64,000 bases of DNA from a virus. Numbering within the stretch: the first letter of the stretch is position 1; every line of letters starts with the position of its first letter. The stretch is taken from positions 134,362-198,361 of IMG/VR virus record IMGVR_UViG_3300030012_005163, one strand, 5' to 3'. Made by a program: the position numbers and the translations under genes. The notes beneath the pieces were generated by a model. It saw only the letters and a list, made by a program, of their open reading frames with translations, was not told the origin of the DNA and did not search any database. Shown piece by piece: positions 28,851-38,309 of the stretch.

Positions 28851-28861
28851 AAAAATAAGAA

Positions 28862-29572
28862 ATGATGAATTTAGATTTTTACAGTGAATTTAAGAATTAT
28901 GCTATGAAGCATTTAGGTATTAGTGGGATACAGTTTCACTATTGGGAAAAACTACAAGATAGTGTCTATAATAATAGTATGGTAACTTCTAGTCTCACAC
29001 CTTATATATTAGAAGAAAGAGAAATGAGAGTAACTCAGATGGACATTTTCTCACGATTAATGATGGATAGGATATTGTGGGTTGCGGGTCCGGTGAATGA
29101 CCAAATGAGTACTGTTGTACAAGCACAATTAATGTTTTTAGATAACGTTGAATGTCGAGATATAATTGTACACGTAGATTCGCCAGGTGGATCGGTTAAG
29201 TCAGGATTAAGTATGGTAGATGTTATGAATTATGTTAAATCCGATATTGTGACTATTAATACTGGTATGGCAGCATCAATGGGTTCTATATTGCTGGGTA
29301 ATGGTACTAAAGGTAAAAGGTTTTCTTTACCGAATTCAAAAGTAATGTTACATCAAGTATCAGCAGGCGCACAAGGACATGTAGAAGATATGAAAATCAG
29401 TATCGCTGAAGCAGAAAAATATAATGACAAATTATTTCAAATGTTAGCAGATTTTTGTGGTAAAAGTAAAAAAAGAGTCCTTGCAGATTGTAATAGAGAC
29501 AATTGGTTGGATTCTAATGAAGCTTTAGAATATGGAATTATTGACGAAATAATTGAAAAACTCGAAAAATAA
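28862..29572 (+). CDS. clpP: ATP-dependent Clp protease proteolytic subunit
   Basis: TPYILEERE..QMDIFSRLMMDRI, QAQLMFL, DSPGGSV, GMAASMGS (catalytic Ser), VMLHQ (His) and RDNW. Confidence 0.95.
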   Translation: MMNLDFYSEFKNYAMKHLGISGIQFHYWEKLQDSVYNNSMVTSSLTPYILEEREMRVTQMDIFSRLMMDRILWVAGPVNDQMSTVVQAQLMFLDNVECRDIIVHVDSPGGSVKSGLSMVDVMNYVKSDIVTINTGMAASMGSILLGNGTKGKRFSLPNSKVMLHQVSAGAQGHVEDMKISIAEAEKYNDKLFQMLADFCGKSKKRVLADCNRDNWLDSNEALEYGIIDEIIEKLEK

Positions 29573-29638
29573 TAGTATATTTAAAAAAATGTCTAGTTTT
29601 ACTTGACATTTGCACTATTTTATTTTAAATTTAAACAA

Positions 29639-30547
29639 ATGATAAGTTATATTGGCGGTAAAGCACGAATAGGTAAGTGGATAGTCCCTTATATACCTAA
29701 AGACATTGAAACATATGTGGAAACATTTGGTGGTATGTTTTGGGTATTCTTTAATATGGATTTAAAAAATTACCCACACCTTAAAACAGTAGTATATAAT
29801 GATTTTAATGGGTTAAACGCTAATTTGTTTGAATGTAGTTTAGAATATGATAAATTATGGGATGAGTTAAATAAATATCCTTGCCAACAATTAGGGGTGG
29901 AAGATACACCTACGGAATATATAGAAATGTTTAATGAATATCAACAAGAACTTTTTCATAGTGATTATGAAATTACTAAAGAAAATAAATTTGAAATTGC
30001 TGCAAAATATGTTTATGTATTAACTCAGATATTTTCGGGTTCAAAACCTGAAACTTCATCTTATACTGATTATAAAGGTAAATATAGATGTAAGGTATTA
30101 ATATTTATGGATAAATTAAAAAATCCTAAGTATAGAGAACATTTTGATAAAATTACTTTTGTTGAAAATATGGATTTTCAAGAAGTTATTGAGAAGTACG
30201 ATTCGGAAAAGACTTACTTTTATATCGATCCACCATATTGGAAAACCGAAAACTATTATTCTAATCATGATTTTGATAGAAATGATCATGAAAGACTAGC
30301 AGATTGTATAAAAGAAATGGAAGGATTGTTTTCTTTGAGTTATTATGATTTTGAATTATTAAGGAAATGGTTTCCTAAACATGAGTATGTATGGGAAAAG
30401 AAAGAATTTGCTAAAGCAGCTGCAGCAAAAAGTGGTGTTAAACAAAATATGGGGGAAGAATTGTTGATTATGAATTATGGGGACAATGTGATAGACGCAC
30501 CTTGTTACGGTATGCAGTTAGACTTATTTAAACACGATTATTTATGA
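29639..30547 (+). CDS. Dam-like (D12 class) DNA adenine methyltransferase
   Basis: SYIGGK, YVETFGG, VYNDFN and FYIDPPY motifs; ATG at 29639. Confidence 0.85.
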   Translation: MISYIGGKARIGKWIVPYIPKDIETYVETFGGMFWVFFNMDLKNYPHLKTVVYNDFNGLNANLFECSLEYDKLWDELNKYPCQQLGVEDTPTEYIEMFNEYQQELFHSDYEITKENKFEIAAKYVYVLTQIFSGSKPETSSYTDYKGKYRCKVLIFMDKLKNPKYREHFDKITFVENMDFQEVIEKYDSEKTYFYIDPPYWKTENYYSNHDFDRNDHERLADCIKEMEGLFSLSYYDFELLRKWFPKHEYVWEKKEFAKAAAAKSGVKQNMGEELLIMNYGDNVIDAPCYGMQLDLFKHDYL

Positions 30548-31086
30548 AAAAGTTTTTTATATGTATATTTTCTTTTTTATCTTGTACTAAAATAGATGAA
30601 AATGGATTTAAAACATTTATTATAAAAGAAGGTAAACATAGATCAGGATATAGATATAAAACTTCTAGATCTAATAAATTCAAAGTAGAGTGTATTTTTG
30701 ACAACAGTGCAATTTATACGAGTAATGATCCCGTAAATCAATGGGATGTAAATAAATTATGGGGTGTATCAGATTGCGGTAATAACCATATGAACAATTC
30801 TATCAGATTTGGTTGGAGATGGTTGGATGATAGTTTAGAAATATTATGGTTTAGACATTTAAATGGTAATTTTGAGTTTGATAAAATAACTTCAGTAGAA
30901 ATGAATGAAATTGTGTATTTAGATTTAGAATTGAAGGATGATAAATACGTATTAGGGGTAAATGGTGTAGTAGTAGAGGTAGATAGACCTTGCACACAAG
31001 ACTTCAAAAGGTATTATTTATACCCTTATTTTGGGGGTGACGAAGAAGCACCACACAACATTAAAATTAAACTTAAAGGGGTATGA
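30544..31086 (+). CDS. putative lipoprotein with beta-sandwich domain
   Basis: MKKFFICIFSFLSC lipoprotein-type signal; aromatic beta-rich body (NSIRFGWRW, YPYFGG). Confidence 0.6.
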   Translation: MKKFFICIFSFLSCTKIDENGFKTFIIKEGKHRSGYRYKTSRSNKFKVECIFDNSAIYTSNDPVNQWDVNKLWGVSDCGNNHMNNSIRFGWRWLDDSLEILWFRHLNGNFEFDKITSVEMNEIVYLDLELKDDKYVLGVNGVVVEVDRPCTQDFKRYYLYPYFGGDEEAPHNIKIKLKGV

Positions 31087-31168
31087 TAAATGTCACACTT
31101 TTGTCACAATTTATGTAAGTTTGACAAATAGGGTTAAATTAATTATATTTATAAACGAATGAGTAATT

Positions 31169-31528
31169 ATGAAAATAGGTATACAAAAAATAGAGACTTT
31201 TAGTGTAACACAAACCACTAAAGAATTTGTTTTCGAAATGGATGAATTTAGAAATTGTACACCTGCATTTATCGGCAAAAATCACAACGAATTTATGGAC
31301 TATATTACTAATGATATTGAGGATATGAAATCTTTCTTAGATGATAATATGGATGTTATTTCTAAAGAGACTTATAGAAAATTATATCTTTTAGAAATAG
31401 ATCCAGTTTATGATGTAATTGAAGATTCTCGTAACCAATATGAAGATAGTTGGTTTACAATGAATAAAAATGTAGATGTAAAAGAAAAAGTATTAACTAA
31501 CGCTAAAACAAAAGTAATTAATGACTAA
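31169..31528 (+). CDS. hypothetical protein
   Basis: 119-aa ORF behind a TTTG...TATATTTA promoter-like motif. Confidence 0.6.
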   Translation: MKIGIQKIETFSVTQTTKEFVFEMDEFRNCTPAFIGKNHNEFMDYITNDIEDMKSFLDDNMDVISKETYRKLYLLEIDPVYDVIEDSRNQYEDSWFTMNKNVDVKEKVLTNAKTKVIND

Positions 31529-31549
31529 GCGTTATTAAATTAAAGTTTT

Positions 31550-32473
31550 ATGAAAAGACCAAAAAGAAAACAATCTTCGAATGTTCAATATCTGCTATTT
31601 GAAGATATGATAGTAGATGTTAAGAAAACAGACGAGAGTGTAATAGATATGCAAAATTCACTCTTAACAAAATACCCAACAAAATTAATTGAAAGTAGTG
31701 ATGTAGGTTTAGAAACCAATCAAATATATTGTGGTGATACTGTAGAAACTATGGGTAAAATTAATGAAGGCACTATTGATTTAATTTTAACTTCGCCACC
31801 TTATTTAGCATCTATAAGACAGGATAATCATAAATATCCCGGTGCTAAAGATCAGATTAAAGATAACCAATCTGTAGATGACTACTTAGAATGGATTGTG
31901 CAAAACTTTAAACAGTATGAAAGAATATTAAAAAAAGATGGTGTGGTTGTTTTTAATTTTAGTTATACCACATTTAATCCTTCGTTACCTTATTTTTTAA
32001 TCAATGAAGTTTTTAACCATACAGATTTTAGAATATATGACACATTTGCTTGGAAAAAGAAATCCGCTATGCCTGTATCGGGACATCCTAATAGAGTTAC
32101 ACGAATAGTAGAGATGGTGTATATATTTGCAAAGACTCCTTATTTTAAGGCGAACAAAACAGTGTCTTCTGTGTCGAGAACCGGTCAAAAGTACTACAAT
32201 AATTATTATAATTTTATTGAGGCACGTAATAACGATGGTAAAGTAGAGGGACACGAAGCTACGTTTTCCACTGACTTTGCATCCTTCTTCATAGATTTAT
32301 ATTCTAAAGAAAATGAAATCGTGTTAGATAATTTTTCAGGTACTGGTACAACACCATACGCTTCTTCTAAAATGAATAGACAATATATTGGTATTGATTT
32401 AGTGGAAAAGTTTTGTGATTACGCCAGAAATAGAATATCTAAACTATACAAAGAAGAGGGGTTAATTTCTTAA
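31550..32473 (+). CDS. N4/N6 DNA methyltransferase (beta class)
   Basis: IDLILTSPPY before HEATF...VLDNFSGTGTT...YIGIDL. Confidence 0.88.
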   Translation: MKRPKRKQSSNVQYLLFEDMIVDVKKTDESVIDMQNSLLTKYPTKLIESSDVGLETNQIYCGDTVETMGKINEGTIDLILTSPPYLASIRQDNHKYPGAKDQIKDNQSVDDYLEWIVQNFKQYERILKKDGVVVFNFSYTTFNPSLPYFLINEVFNHTDFRIYDTFAWKKKSAMPVSGHPNRVTRIVEMVYIFAKTPYFKANKTVSSVSRTGQKYYNNYYNFIEARNNDGKVEGHEATFSTDFASFFIDLYSKENEIVLDNFSGTGTTPYASSKMNRQYIGIDLVEKFCDYARNRISKLYKEEGLIS

Positions 32474-32483
32474 AACCTACCCA

Positions 32484-32696
32484 ATGGAAAATATTAGAAC
32501 TAAGGTTAATGATATTAAAAATAATATTAAATTATTAACTGATGAATTAATTGAACTACAAAATAAATGTTTACATGAAGATACTTCATTAAAATATTAT
32601 GAAGATAGAAAACATGTATTAAAAATATGTAATGATTGTGGAAAAATTATTGGTTACCCTACAAACGAAGAATTAAAAGAAAACGATTATTTATAA
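32484..32696 (+). CDS. small hypothetical protein with CxH...CxxC motif
   Basis: CLHE...ICNDCG. Confidence 0.55.
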   Translation: MENIRTKVNDIKNNIKLLTDELIELQNKCLHEDTSLKYYEDRKHVLKICNDCGKIIGYPTNEELKENDYL

Positions 32697-32738
32697 AATA
32701 ATTTGTTTTATCAACATATTTTTACTATATTTACAATT

Positions 32739-33119
32739 ATGAAAAACATACCAATAGATATAATAAAATATATTAAAGATAAAGATGCCGTACAAGCCTA
32801 CAGTGACTTAGTAGATTTAATGGGTTTTACTGAAGATGAAGCCTCAGATATCTTAGGTGTTAAAACATTTAAAGATTTAAAATTTAAACCTCATCATGTT
32901 GTACCTAATGGAGTTGCTGCAGTAGAATACTTCCCTTTAAGTGATAAAGGAGAAGGTGGTTGGTTCTCAGTAGTTGGGGGTGGAAGTGGATTATATGGTG
33001 ATGGGATAACCTCGTTTGAATTATACGCGGAAGGTATGGATAATCCATTAACCTATTTAAGTAAAGAACAAATAACTAAAGAAATGTTGGAAAGACAAAA
33101 AACAAAGTATGAATTATAA
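32739..33119 (+). CDS. hypothetical phage protein
   Basis: ATG at 32739 preferred; FKDLKFKPH and FSVVGG...LYGDG motifs. Confidence 0.6.
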   Translation: MKNIPIDIIKYIKDKDAVQAYSDLVDLMGFTEDEASDILGVKTFKDLKFKPHHVVPNGVAAVEYFPLSDKGEGGWFSVVGGGSGLYGDGITSFELYAEGMDNPLTYLSKEQITKEMLERQKTKYEL

Positions 33120-33459
33120 ATTATTAGGTATAGGTGTGTTTATGTTTCTTATCGCACAGATAATAACATGGTTTCAATTAAACTCACAATTCATTTGGAA
33201 ATGGGCTAGAGATAATGAATGGGTAATTGCCTTAATAGGTATACCTTTATCATTTGCATATTTATGGGCAACTAAATATACTGTACAAGCTTTCGGTGGT
33301 TATTTTTGGCCTGTTAGATTTGTAGGTTTTGGGATTGGTATTATTGTGTACACTATTTGTGTGAGTCATTTTTTCAATGAAAGTATTACTAGTAAAACAA
33401 TAATATCTTTAATGTTATGTTTAATATTAATTTGTATACAAGTTTTTTGGAAAAATTAA
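33109..33459 (+). CDS. four-TM membrane protein (DMT/SMR-like)
   Basis: Four hydrophobic helices in 116 aa; FFNESITSKTII resembles DMT/SMR ends. Confidence 0.55.
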   Translation: MNYKLLGIGVFMFLIAQIITWFQLNSQFIWKWARDNEWVIALIGIPLSFAYLWATKYTVQAFGGYFWPVRFVGFGIGIIVYTICVSHFFNESITSKTIISLMLCLILICIQVFWKN

Positions 33460-33469
33460 AATAAAAATT

Positions 33470-33796
33470 ATGAGTAAAATAAAATTTCAAATACCAACAC
33501 ATGATCCTTATACAGGAGAATTAAATCCACATTATGAGGAAATTACGGGTAAAAAAAACCCTTTGGAGTTAACTGAACAAGATAAAATAAAACTTAAAGT
33601 GTGGGGTTATATGCCTGATTCAACTGATAATAAAGATATAGATAAGATGCCCAACCAAAAATGGCATCAGATAGTTTCTTTTATTAAAAGTGGTATAAGG
33701 ATAATAGGGTATATATTAATCCCCTTCGATTTAGTAATTGCAGCATCTGTATTAGTTGTAAGTGAAATAATTGGTATAGTAGAAGAATTAGTTTAA
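33470..33796 (+). CDS. hypothetical protein with C-terminal hydrophobic domain
   Basis: THDPYTGELNPHYEE N-terminus; KWHQIVSFIKSGIRI...SEIIGIVEELV C-terminus. Confidence 0.6.
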   Translation: MSKIKFQIPTHDPYTGELNPHYEEITGKKNPLELTEQDKIKLKVWGYMPDSTDNKDIDKMPNQKWHQIVSFIKSGIRIIGYILIPFDLVIAASVLVVSEIIGIVEELV

Positions 33797-33821
33797 TAAT
33801 TTACCTCCATATTTATATTAT

Positions 33822-34508
33822 ATGGAGAAATTAGATAAGGACTGGTTAACTAAAGATAATACTGATTTTGAGTATAAAAAGTATATTCTTTTAGATTACT
33901 TACAAAGAGTAAATAACCAATTTAAAGAAAATAAAATATATCCTTATCTTTCTGATTGTATAGAAGAGTTTAGATCCTTAAAAGATTTATTAGAACAAAA
34001 GGATAAACTCACACCCAAAGAACTAACATCTATAGACTTCAAAAATATGGAGTTAATTTATACAACAATAGAAGACGATATCTTTGTTGAAATTCAAAAA
34101 CTCATTAATTACGCCCTTCGTAGAATAAAAGGTACGATAGAAGAGGGTAGAAAAATATGTGATAATATAGAAAAAGATATTACCTTTAATAGTGTAGGTG
34201 TAATTACTGAGAATAAAGAGGAAGGTTATTTAATACTCACTACCAAAAATAGTATTATTTACAAATATAAAATGGATAGTTTAATATTAGAAGGTAACAA
34301 ATATAAAATGTTAAAAACTGAACCTATTACTACACAAAATATATCTGAATTTAGTAGTCACGAAGACATTAAACAAGAATATCTTAACCATAGAGACGAT
34401 ATCCCTATGATGACATATGGTGCACACAGTAAAAAAGAAATACCTTTTGAAAATACTTTCCTACCTATTGTAAAAAGAATTTTAATTAGAGAAATAAATA
34501 AAGATTGA
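33822..34508 (+). CDS. hypothetical protein
   Basis: 228-aa ORF (DFEYKKYILLDYLQ...ENTFLPIVKR) behind CATATTTATA. Confidence 0.65.
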   Translation: MEKLDKDWLTKDNTDFEYKKYILLDYLQRVNNQFKENKIYPYLSDCIEEFRSLKDLLEQKDKLTPKELTSIDFKNMELIYTTIEDDIFVEIQKLINYALRRIKGTIEEGRKICDNIEKDITFNSVGVITENKEEGYLILTTKNSIIYKYKMDSLILEGNKYKMLKTEPITTQNISEFSSHEDIKQEYLNHRDDIPMMTYGAHSKKEIPFENTFLPIVKRILIREINKD

Positions 34509-34582
34509 CTTTTTTATATCGTTTATTTATATTTAAAGTTGTTATAATCTATAATAACAAAATAAAATAAAAAATAGAAATT

Positions 34583-34978
34583 ATGGAAACAATTTTAGTA
34601 ACAGTATCAGTTTTATCTACGTTATTGGTGGTTGGGATCGTATTAGCGGTTGTGGTCGTTTTTAACAAATTTAAAGGTAAGGTTGATGTAGAAACATTTA
34701 AAATGAATGAATATGATAATCAAAGAGAGATAGAGAGAATCTATAACGAAATATCTTCAATAGAGAATGATATTAATAAAAAATCACATGAGGTGGAAAG
34801 AGCTTTATGGGGTGAATATGAAATGAACTCTGAAAAAACAGAAAGAGAGTTCGATGAAATGAGACGTATGATTGATAGTAGAACAGATAAATTATACGAT
34901 AAAATACATAGTCTGGAAGGTACAATTGCAGGACTAACAGATAAAAAGAAAAATAAAAAACAGTTGTTAACTGATTAA
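34583..34978 (+). CDS. membrane-anchored coiled-coil protein
   Basis: N-terminal TM helix then coiled coil. Confidence 0.6.
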   Translation: METILVTVSVLSTLLVVGIVLAVVVVFNKFKGKVDVETFKMNEYDNQREIERIYNEISSIENDINKKSHEVERALWGEYEMNSEKTEREFDEMRRMIDSRTDKLYDKIHSLEGTIAGLTDKKKNKKQLLTD

Positions 34979-35003
34979 TAAAATAAATAAAATAGATTAT
35001 AAC

Positions 35004-35029
35004 AAAAAACCCTCAATGAGGGTTTTTTT
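35004..35029. terminator. bidirectional intrinsic terminator
   Basis: AAAAAACCCTC-AAT-GAGGGTTTTTT between convergent genes. Confidence 0.85.
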
Positions 35030-35453
35030 ATTTTATATCAATAATTTCTAATTCTAAGTCTAAAGTTTTATCTACTAAAGGGTGATTACAATCTACTATA
35101 ACACTTTCTTTTTTTACTTTTTTTATTTCACCTCTACGTGTTGTATCATCTTTTAAATTTATTAACACATAATCCCCTACTTTACAGTCTTTATATAGTA
35201 ATGTTTTAGGAACAGTACCCATTAGGTTTTTATTATGTTTACCATATGCTAACGAAGGGGGGATTGAAGTTTTCTTAACCAAAGATTCTTTTTGGTGTAT
35301 TGTTAAATTGGAATTATCGAACTCACTTAATAATATATTAATTCCGTCAATATTATCTGGGTGATCTGAAATTAAAGTAAACCCTTTTTTTTCTTCCACT
35401 AATTCTTCGTTAATAGTTATTTTATAATTAACTGTATATTTTTTATTTTCCAT
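35028..35453 (-). CDS. degenerate SlyD/FKBP-like protein
   Basis: C-terminal VIVDCNHPLVDKTLDLELEII and IF-domain-like KVGDYV match SlyD; the N-terminal FKBP core (TVNY ... ) is diverged. Confidence 0.6.
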   Translation of the reverse strand: MENKKYTVNYKITINEELVEEKKGFTLISDHPDNIDGINILLSEFDNSNLTIHQKESLVKKTSIPPSLAYGKHNKNLMGTVPKTLLYKDCKVGDYVLINLKDDTTRRGEIKKVKKESVIVDCNHPLVDKTLDLELEIIDIK

Positions 35454-35501
35454 ACTAATAAATATTTGTTTTTATGAATTTTATTTATTATATTTATCAT
35501 T

Positions 35502-35681
35502 ATGGGAAGAGTTAAACAACTTTATGAAGAAATTTACGTTGAGGAAATGGAAAAACATTACGAACAACTATATATGGAAGAAAAACTATATAGTGAAAGA
35601 TATGGGGATGACACGGAATTGATTGACGTAGAGAAGTGTGAAGATTCAGGTATGGGTGATGACCAACATCAAAAACCTTAG
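35502..35681 (+). CDS. small ORF (59 aa) running into the tmRNA 5' end
   Basis: MGRVKQLYEEIYVEEMEKHYEQLY...; preceded by TATATTTAT; below the ORF-track cutoff. Confidence 0.4.
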   Translation: MGRVKQLYEEIYVEEMEKHYEQLYMEEKLYSERYGDDTELIDVEKCEDSGMGDDQHQKP

Positions 35682-35944
35682 CTGGAAACGCTGAGTATGC
35701 TATGGCAGCCTAATTAGATTAGATGCTAAGCACATCATGTAACTGAGTATACTTGTAGGTTATTAAGATGTTAAAGGAAGTAGATGGTGATGTTTGGTAA
35801 TGATAGTGATTTGCCAGTGACGACCTTACAGTTAACGAAAATCTATCAATTTATGGAAGTTTAGAAAAACTTATCCTAAACTTGTAAAAAGATCTCATAT
35901 GGATGACGGGCAAGACGGGGGTTCGAATCCCCCCATCTCCACCA
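35604..35944 (+). ncRNA. ssrA: tmRNA (SsrA)
   Basis: Acceptor stem GGGGATG/CATCTCC-A-CCA with G3.U70; T-arm GGGGG-TTCGAAT-CCCCC; tag frame 35684-35713 gives GNAEYAMAA*. Confidence 0.93.
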
Positions 35945-35948
35945 AAAA

Positions 35949-36122
35949 CTATTTATTTTCAATAATAAAAAACTCTTTCATATCTTCTGCATAATTAAAA
36001 GTACTATCTATACTACTTTCGTAATCATCATACTTTAAGTGAGAAAAACAGTGAGTCTGATATGTTGTTGGTGAACATTGGATACCTAGTATACAAACGA
36101 ACAATATAATTAATTTCTTCAT
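35949..36122 (-). CDS. small putative lipoprotein (57 aa)
   Basis: MKKLIILFVCILGIQCSP signal ending in Cys; GTATTTATA motif just upstream on the minus strand; not in the ORF track. Confidence 0.45.
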   Translation of the reverse strand: MKKLIILFVCILGIQCSPTTYQTHCFSHLKYDDYESSIDSTFNYAEDMKEFFIIENK

Positions 36123-36270
36123 CGACTATAAATACATCACTTTTTGTGGATATGGTGTAATACAATGCTACCTTATTATTAATTTTTTATTTCCTTATAA
36201 ATCCCTTTACTACCACATAAATAAATGTTATCATTATATAAATTAATAAAAAAAATAAAATTTTAAAAAA

Positions 36271-36696
36271 ATGTCAAAAGTAAAAACAGGAAAAACGATT
36301 AAAGTTAACTATACTGGAAAATTTGAGGATGGGACAGTATTCGATACTTCTTTAGTGGAAGGTAGAGAACCGTTAAGAACAGTATTAGGTCAAGGTAATT
36401 TAATACCTGGCTTTGAAAAAGGATTATTAGGTATGACTGAAGGTGACAGTAAAACTATAGAAATTGAACCTACCGAAGGTTATGGTGAATATTTAGATGG
36501 TTTAGTTACTGTTGTACCGAAAACACAAATGCCTGAAGGTGTTAAAGTTGGTGATGTATTACAGTCTTCTGGTGATAGAGGAACAATTAATGTTACAGTA
36601 ACAGAAGTTAATGAAAAGGACGTAAGAGTGGATGCAAATCATCCATTAGCTGGTAAAAAATTACTTTTTGAAGTAGAATTATTAGAAGTAGAGTAA
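36271..36696 (+). CDS. slyD: FKBP-type peptidyl-prolyl isomerase (SlyD/SlpA-like)
   Basis: VNYTGKFEDGTVFDTS, LGQGNLIPGFEKGL, GYGE and VDANHPLAGKKLLFEVE. Confidence 0.92.
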   Translation: MSKVKTGKTIKVNYTGKFEDGTVFDTSLVEGREPLRTVLGQGNLIPGFEKGLLGMTEGDSKTIEIEPTEGYGEYLDGLVTVVPKTQMPEGVKVGDVLQSSGDRGTINVTVTEVNEKDVRVDANHPLAGKKLLFEVELLEVE

Positions 36697-36782
36697 ATTT
36701 TTTTATTTAAGGGTTGATTATTAAAAATAAAATCACTAACATTGTGTATTAATAATAACAAAAAAATAAAATTAGTTTTAAA

Positions 36783-36965
36783 ATGAGTAATTCAACTAAG
36801 AAAAACAGAGAAGAGTCATTAGTAACTCTTTTTGGACCTTCAGGAAATGGAGTTCCTACAGAAAGCCTAACTTACATTAGAAAAAATCCTAAGAGATTTG
36901 TTAAAAAAATTACAGAAATTTATGGTTTAGAATCTGTAGTTAAATGGGTAGGTGAATCAGTTTAA
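36783..36965 (+). CDS. small hypothetical protein
   Basis: 60-aa ORF followed by a terminator. Confidence 0.55.
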   Translation: MSNSTKKNREESLVTLFGPSGNGVPTESLTYIRKNPKRFVKKITEIYGLESVVKWVGESV

Positions 36966-36982
36966 AAAACCAACTAACAATT

Positions 36983-37008
36983 AAGGGGGACAATTAGTCC
37001 CCTTTTTT
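36983..37008 (+). terminator. intrinsic terminator
   Basis: GGGGAC-AATTA-GTCCCC with T tract. Confidence 0.7.
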
Positions 37009-37022
37009 AATTTTAAGAAAAT

Positions 37023-37613
37023 ATGGCAAATCACGTATATACAACAATTAACATCACAGGTAATAAAGAAGTGATGGAAAAATTAGAAGAAATAAAAATT
37101 AAAGTAGAAGAAAATAATAATGATAATCATACTGCACTAATAAGTGGATTTTATGATAATATGGAAAATACATATGCATGGTATGGTGAGAATGTTGGTG
37201 CTAAATGGTGTTATCATGATGAATTTTGGGTAGATATTGAAGGTGAGGTTGCAGAAATAATAACAACTTCAGCGTGGTATCCACCATTAGAATTTGTGCA
37301 ACACATATATAATATATGTTCTTCACTCGACCCAGAATGTGAGATAGACGGTGATTATGAAAATGAGGCAACTACACCTATAGGAGGATTCGTAATTAAT
37401 AAAAACGGATTTAATCATGAGGAACATGATGAAGAAATAGAATATCCTGATGAAGATAATTATGAAATTCCGGAGGGTGAATACCATAGTCAAGAATATG
37501 ATTATGCAATGGAAGAATTTTATGAGAAAGTAAGTGAAATCAGAAGTGATATGAAAAGTTTGGCTCATAATAATTTAAGAAATAAATTAGAGTCGGAAAC
37601 TACCGAAGGGTAG
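37023..37613 (+). CDS. DUF1281/YubB-like ferredoxin-fold protein
   Basis: MANHVYTTINITG, WYGENVGAKW and TSAWYPP resemble the family's W..NWGTKW and F.TAW.PP motifs. Confidence 0.55.
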   Translation: MANHVYTTINITGNKEVMEKLEEIKIKVEENNNDNHTALISGFYDNMENTYAWYGENVGAKWCYHDEFWVDIEGEVAEIITTSAWYPPLEFVQHIYNICSSLDPECEIDGDYENEATTPIGGFVINKNGFNHEEHDEEIEYPDEDNYEIPEGEYHSQEYDYAMEEFYEKVSEIRSDMKSLAHNNLRNKLESETTEG

Positions 37614-37631
37614 ATAATAACATAAACAAAA

Positions 37632-37796
37632 ATGAATATTATGGATAAAGTAATAGAAATAGTAAACAAGTCTTGGTTTAAAGCAGCTTGTTGTGGAGGA
37701 ATTGCAGTAGCATTATTTATTAATGGAAGTATTAATTATGCTTTTTTTGCTGGTGGTTTTGGTGTTAGAGAATTCTTCTTAGCATTTAAGAAGTAA
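37632..37796 (+). CDS. small membrane protein (54 aa)
   Basis: MNIMDKVIEIVNKSWFKAACCGGIAVALFINGSINYAFFAGGFGVREFFLAFKK; followed by a terminator; not in the ORF track. Confidence 0.5.
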   Translation: MNIMDKVIEIVNKSWFKAACCGGIAVALFINGSINYAFFAGGFGVREFFLAFKK

Positions 37797-37819
37797 AATA
37801 TTCACCAATGCGAACAACT

Positions 37820-37844
37820 AACCCATCTTCGGATGGGTTTTTTT
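37820..37844 (+). terminator. intrinsic terminator with UUCG tetraloop
   Basis: AACCCATC-TTCG-GATGGGTT then T7. Confidence 0.85.
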
Positions 37845-37877
37845 ATGCTTACACTATATTTATTAATAAACATAATT

Positions 37878-38309
37878 ATGAAATTTTTAAGAAGATGTTG
37901 TGACTCAAAAAGAGAATGTTTAACATATGTTATAATATTACTTTGGGTTGGTATTGGTGTATTAGGTACATATTTTGATACTAATTTTAATGAATTAGCT
38001 GCTTACTTCATATCATTAACAGGATTTGCAGGAGCGTATATGTATGGTGAAACCAAAAGAAGTAGCGATGATACCTCTATATTTAAAGCGGGTAAATCTA
38101 GTAAAAGAGAAATAATAATATATGTAACTGTTGGTTTATGGTTATTAATTGGTGTATTTACAATTATTAATCATGCAGACTTAATGGGGATGAGTGCATA
38201 TTTTGCAGCACTTACACCATTTGTTGGTTCGTATATAATAGGTGAGACACTTAAAAAAGAAACTGAAGACGAAGACTATGAGGATCAAATTACTGGAGAG
38301 CCAATATAG
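37878..38309 (+). CDS. internally duplicated four-TM membrane protein
   Basis: Two copies of SKRE...LW..IG...AYF..LT.F.G.Y..GET; ATG at 37878. Confidence 0.7.
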   Translation: MKFLRRCCDSKRECLTYVIILLWVGIGVLGTYFDTNFNELAAYFISLTGFAGAYMYGETKRSSDDTSIFKAGKSSKREIIIYVTVGLWLLIGVFTIINHADLMGMSAYFAALTPFVGSYIIGETLKKETEDEDYEDQITGEPI

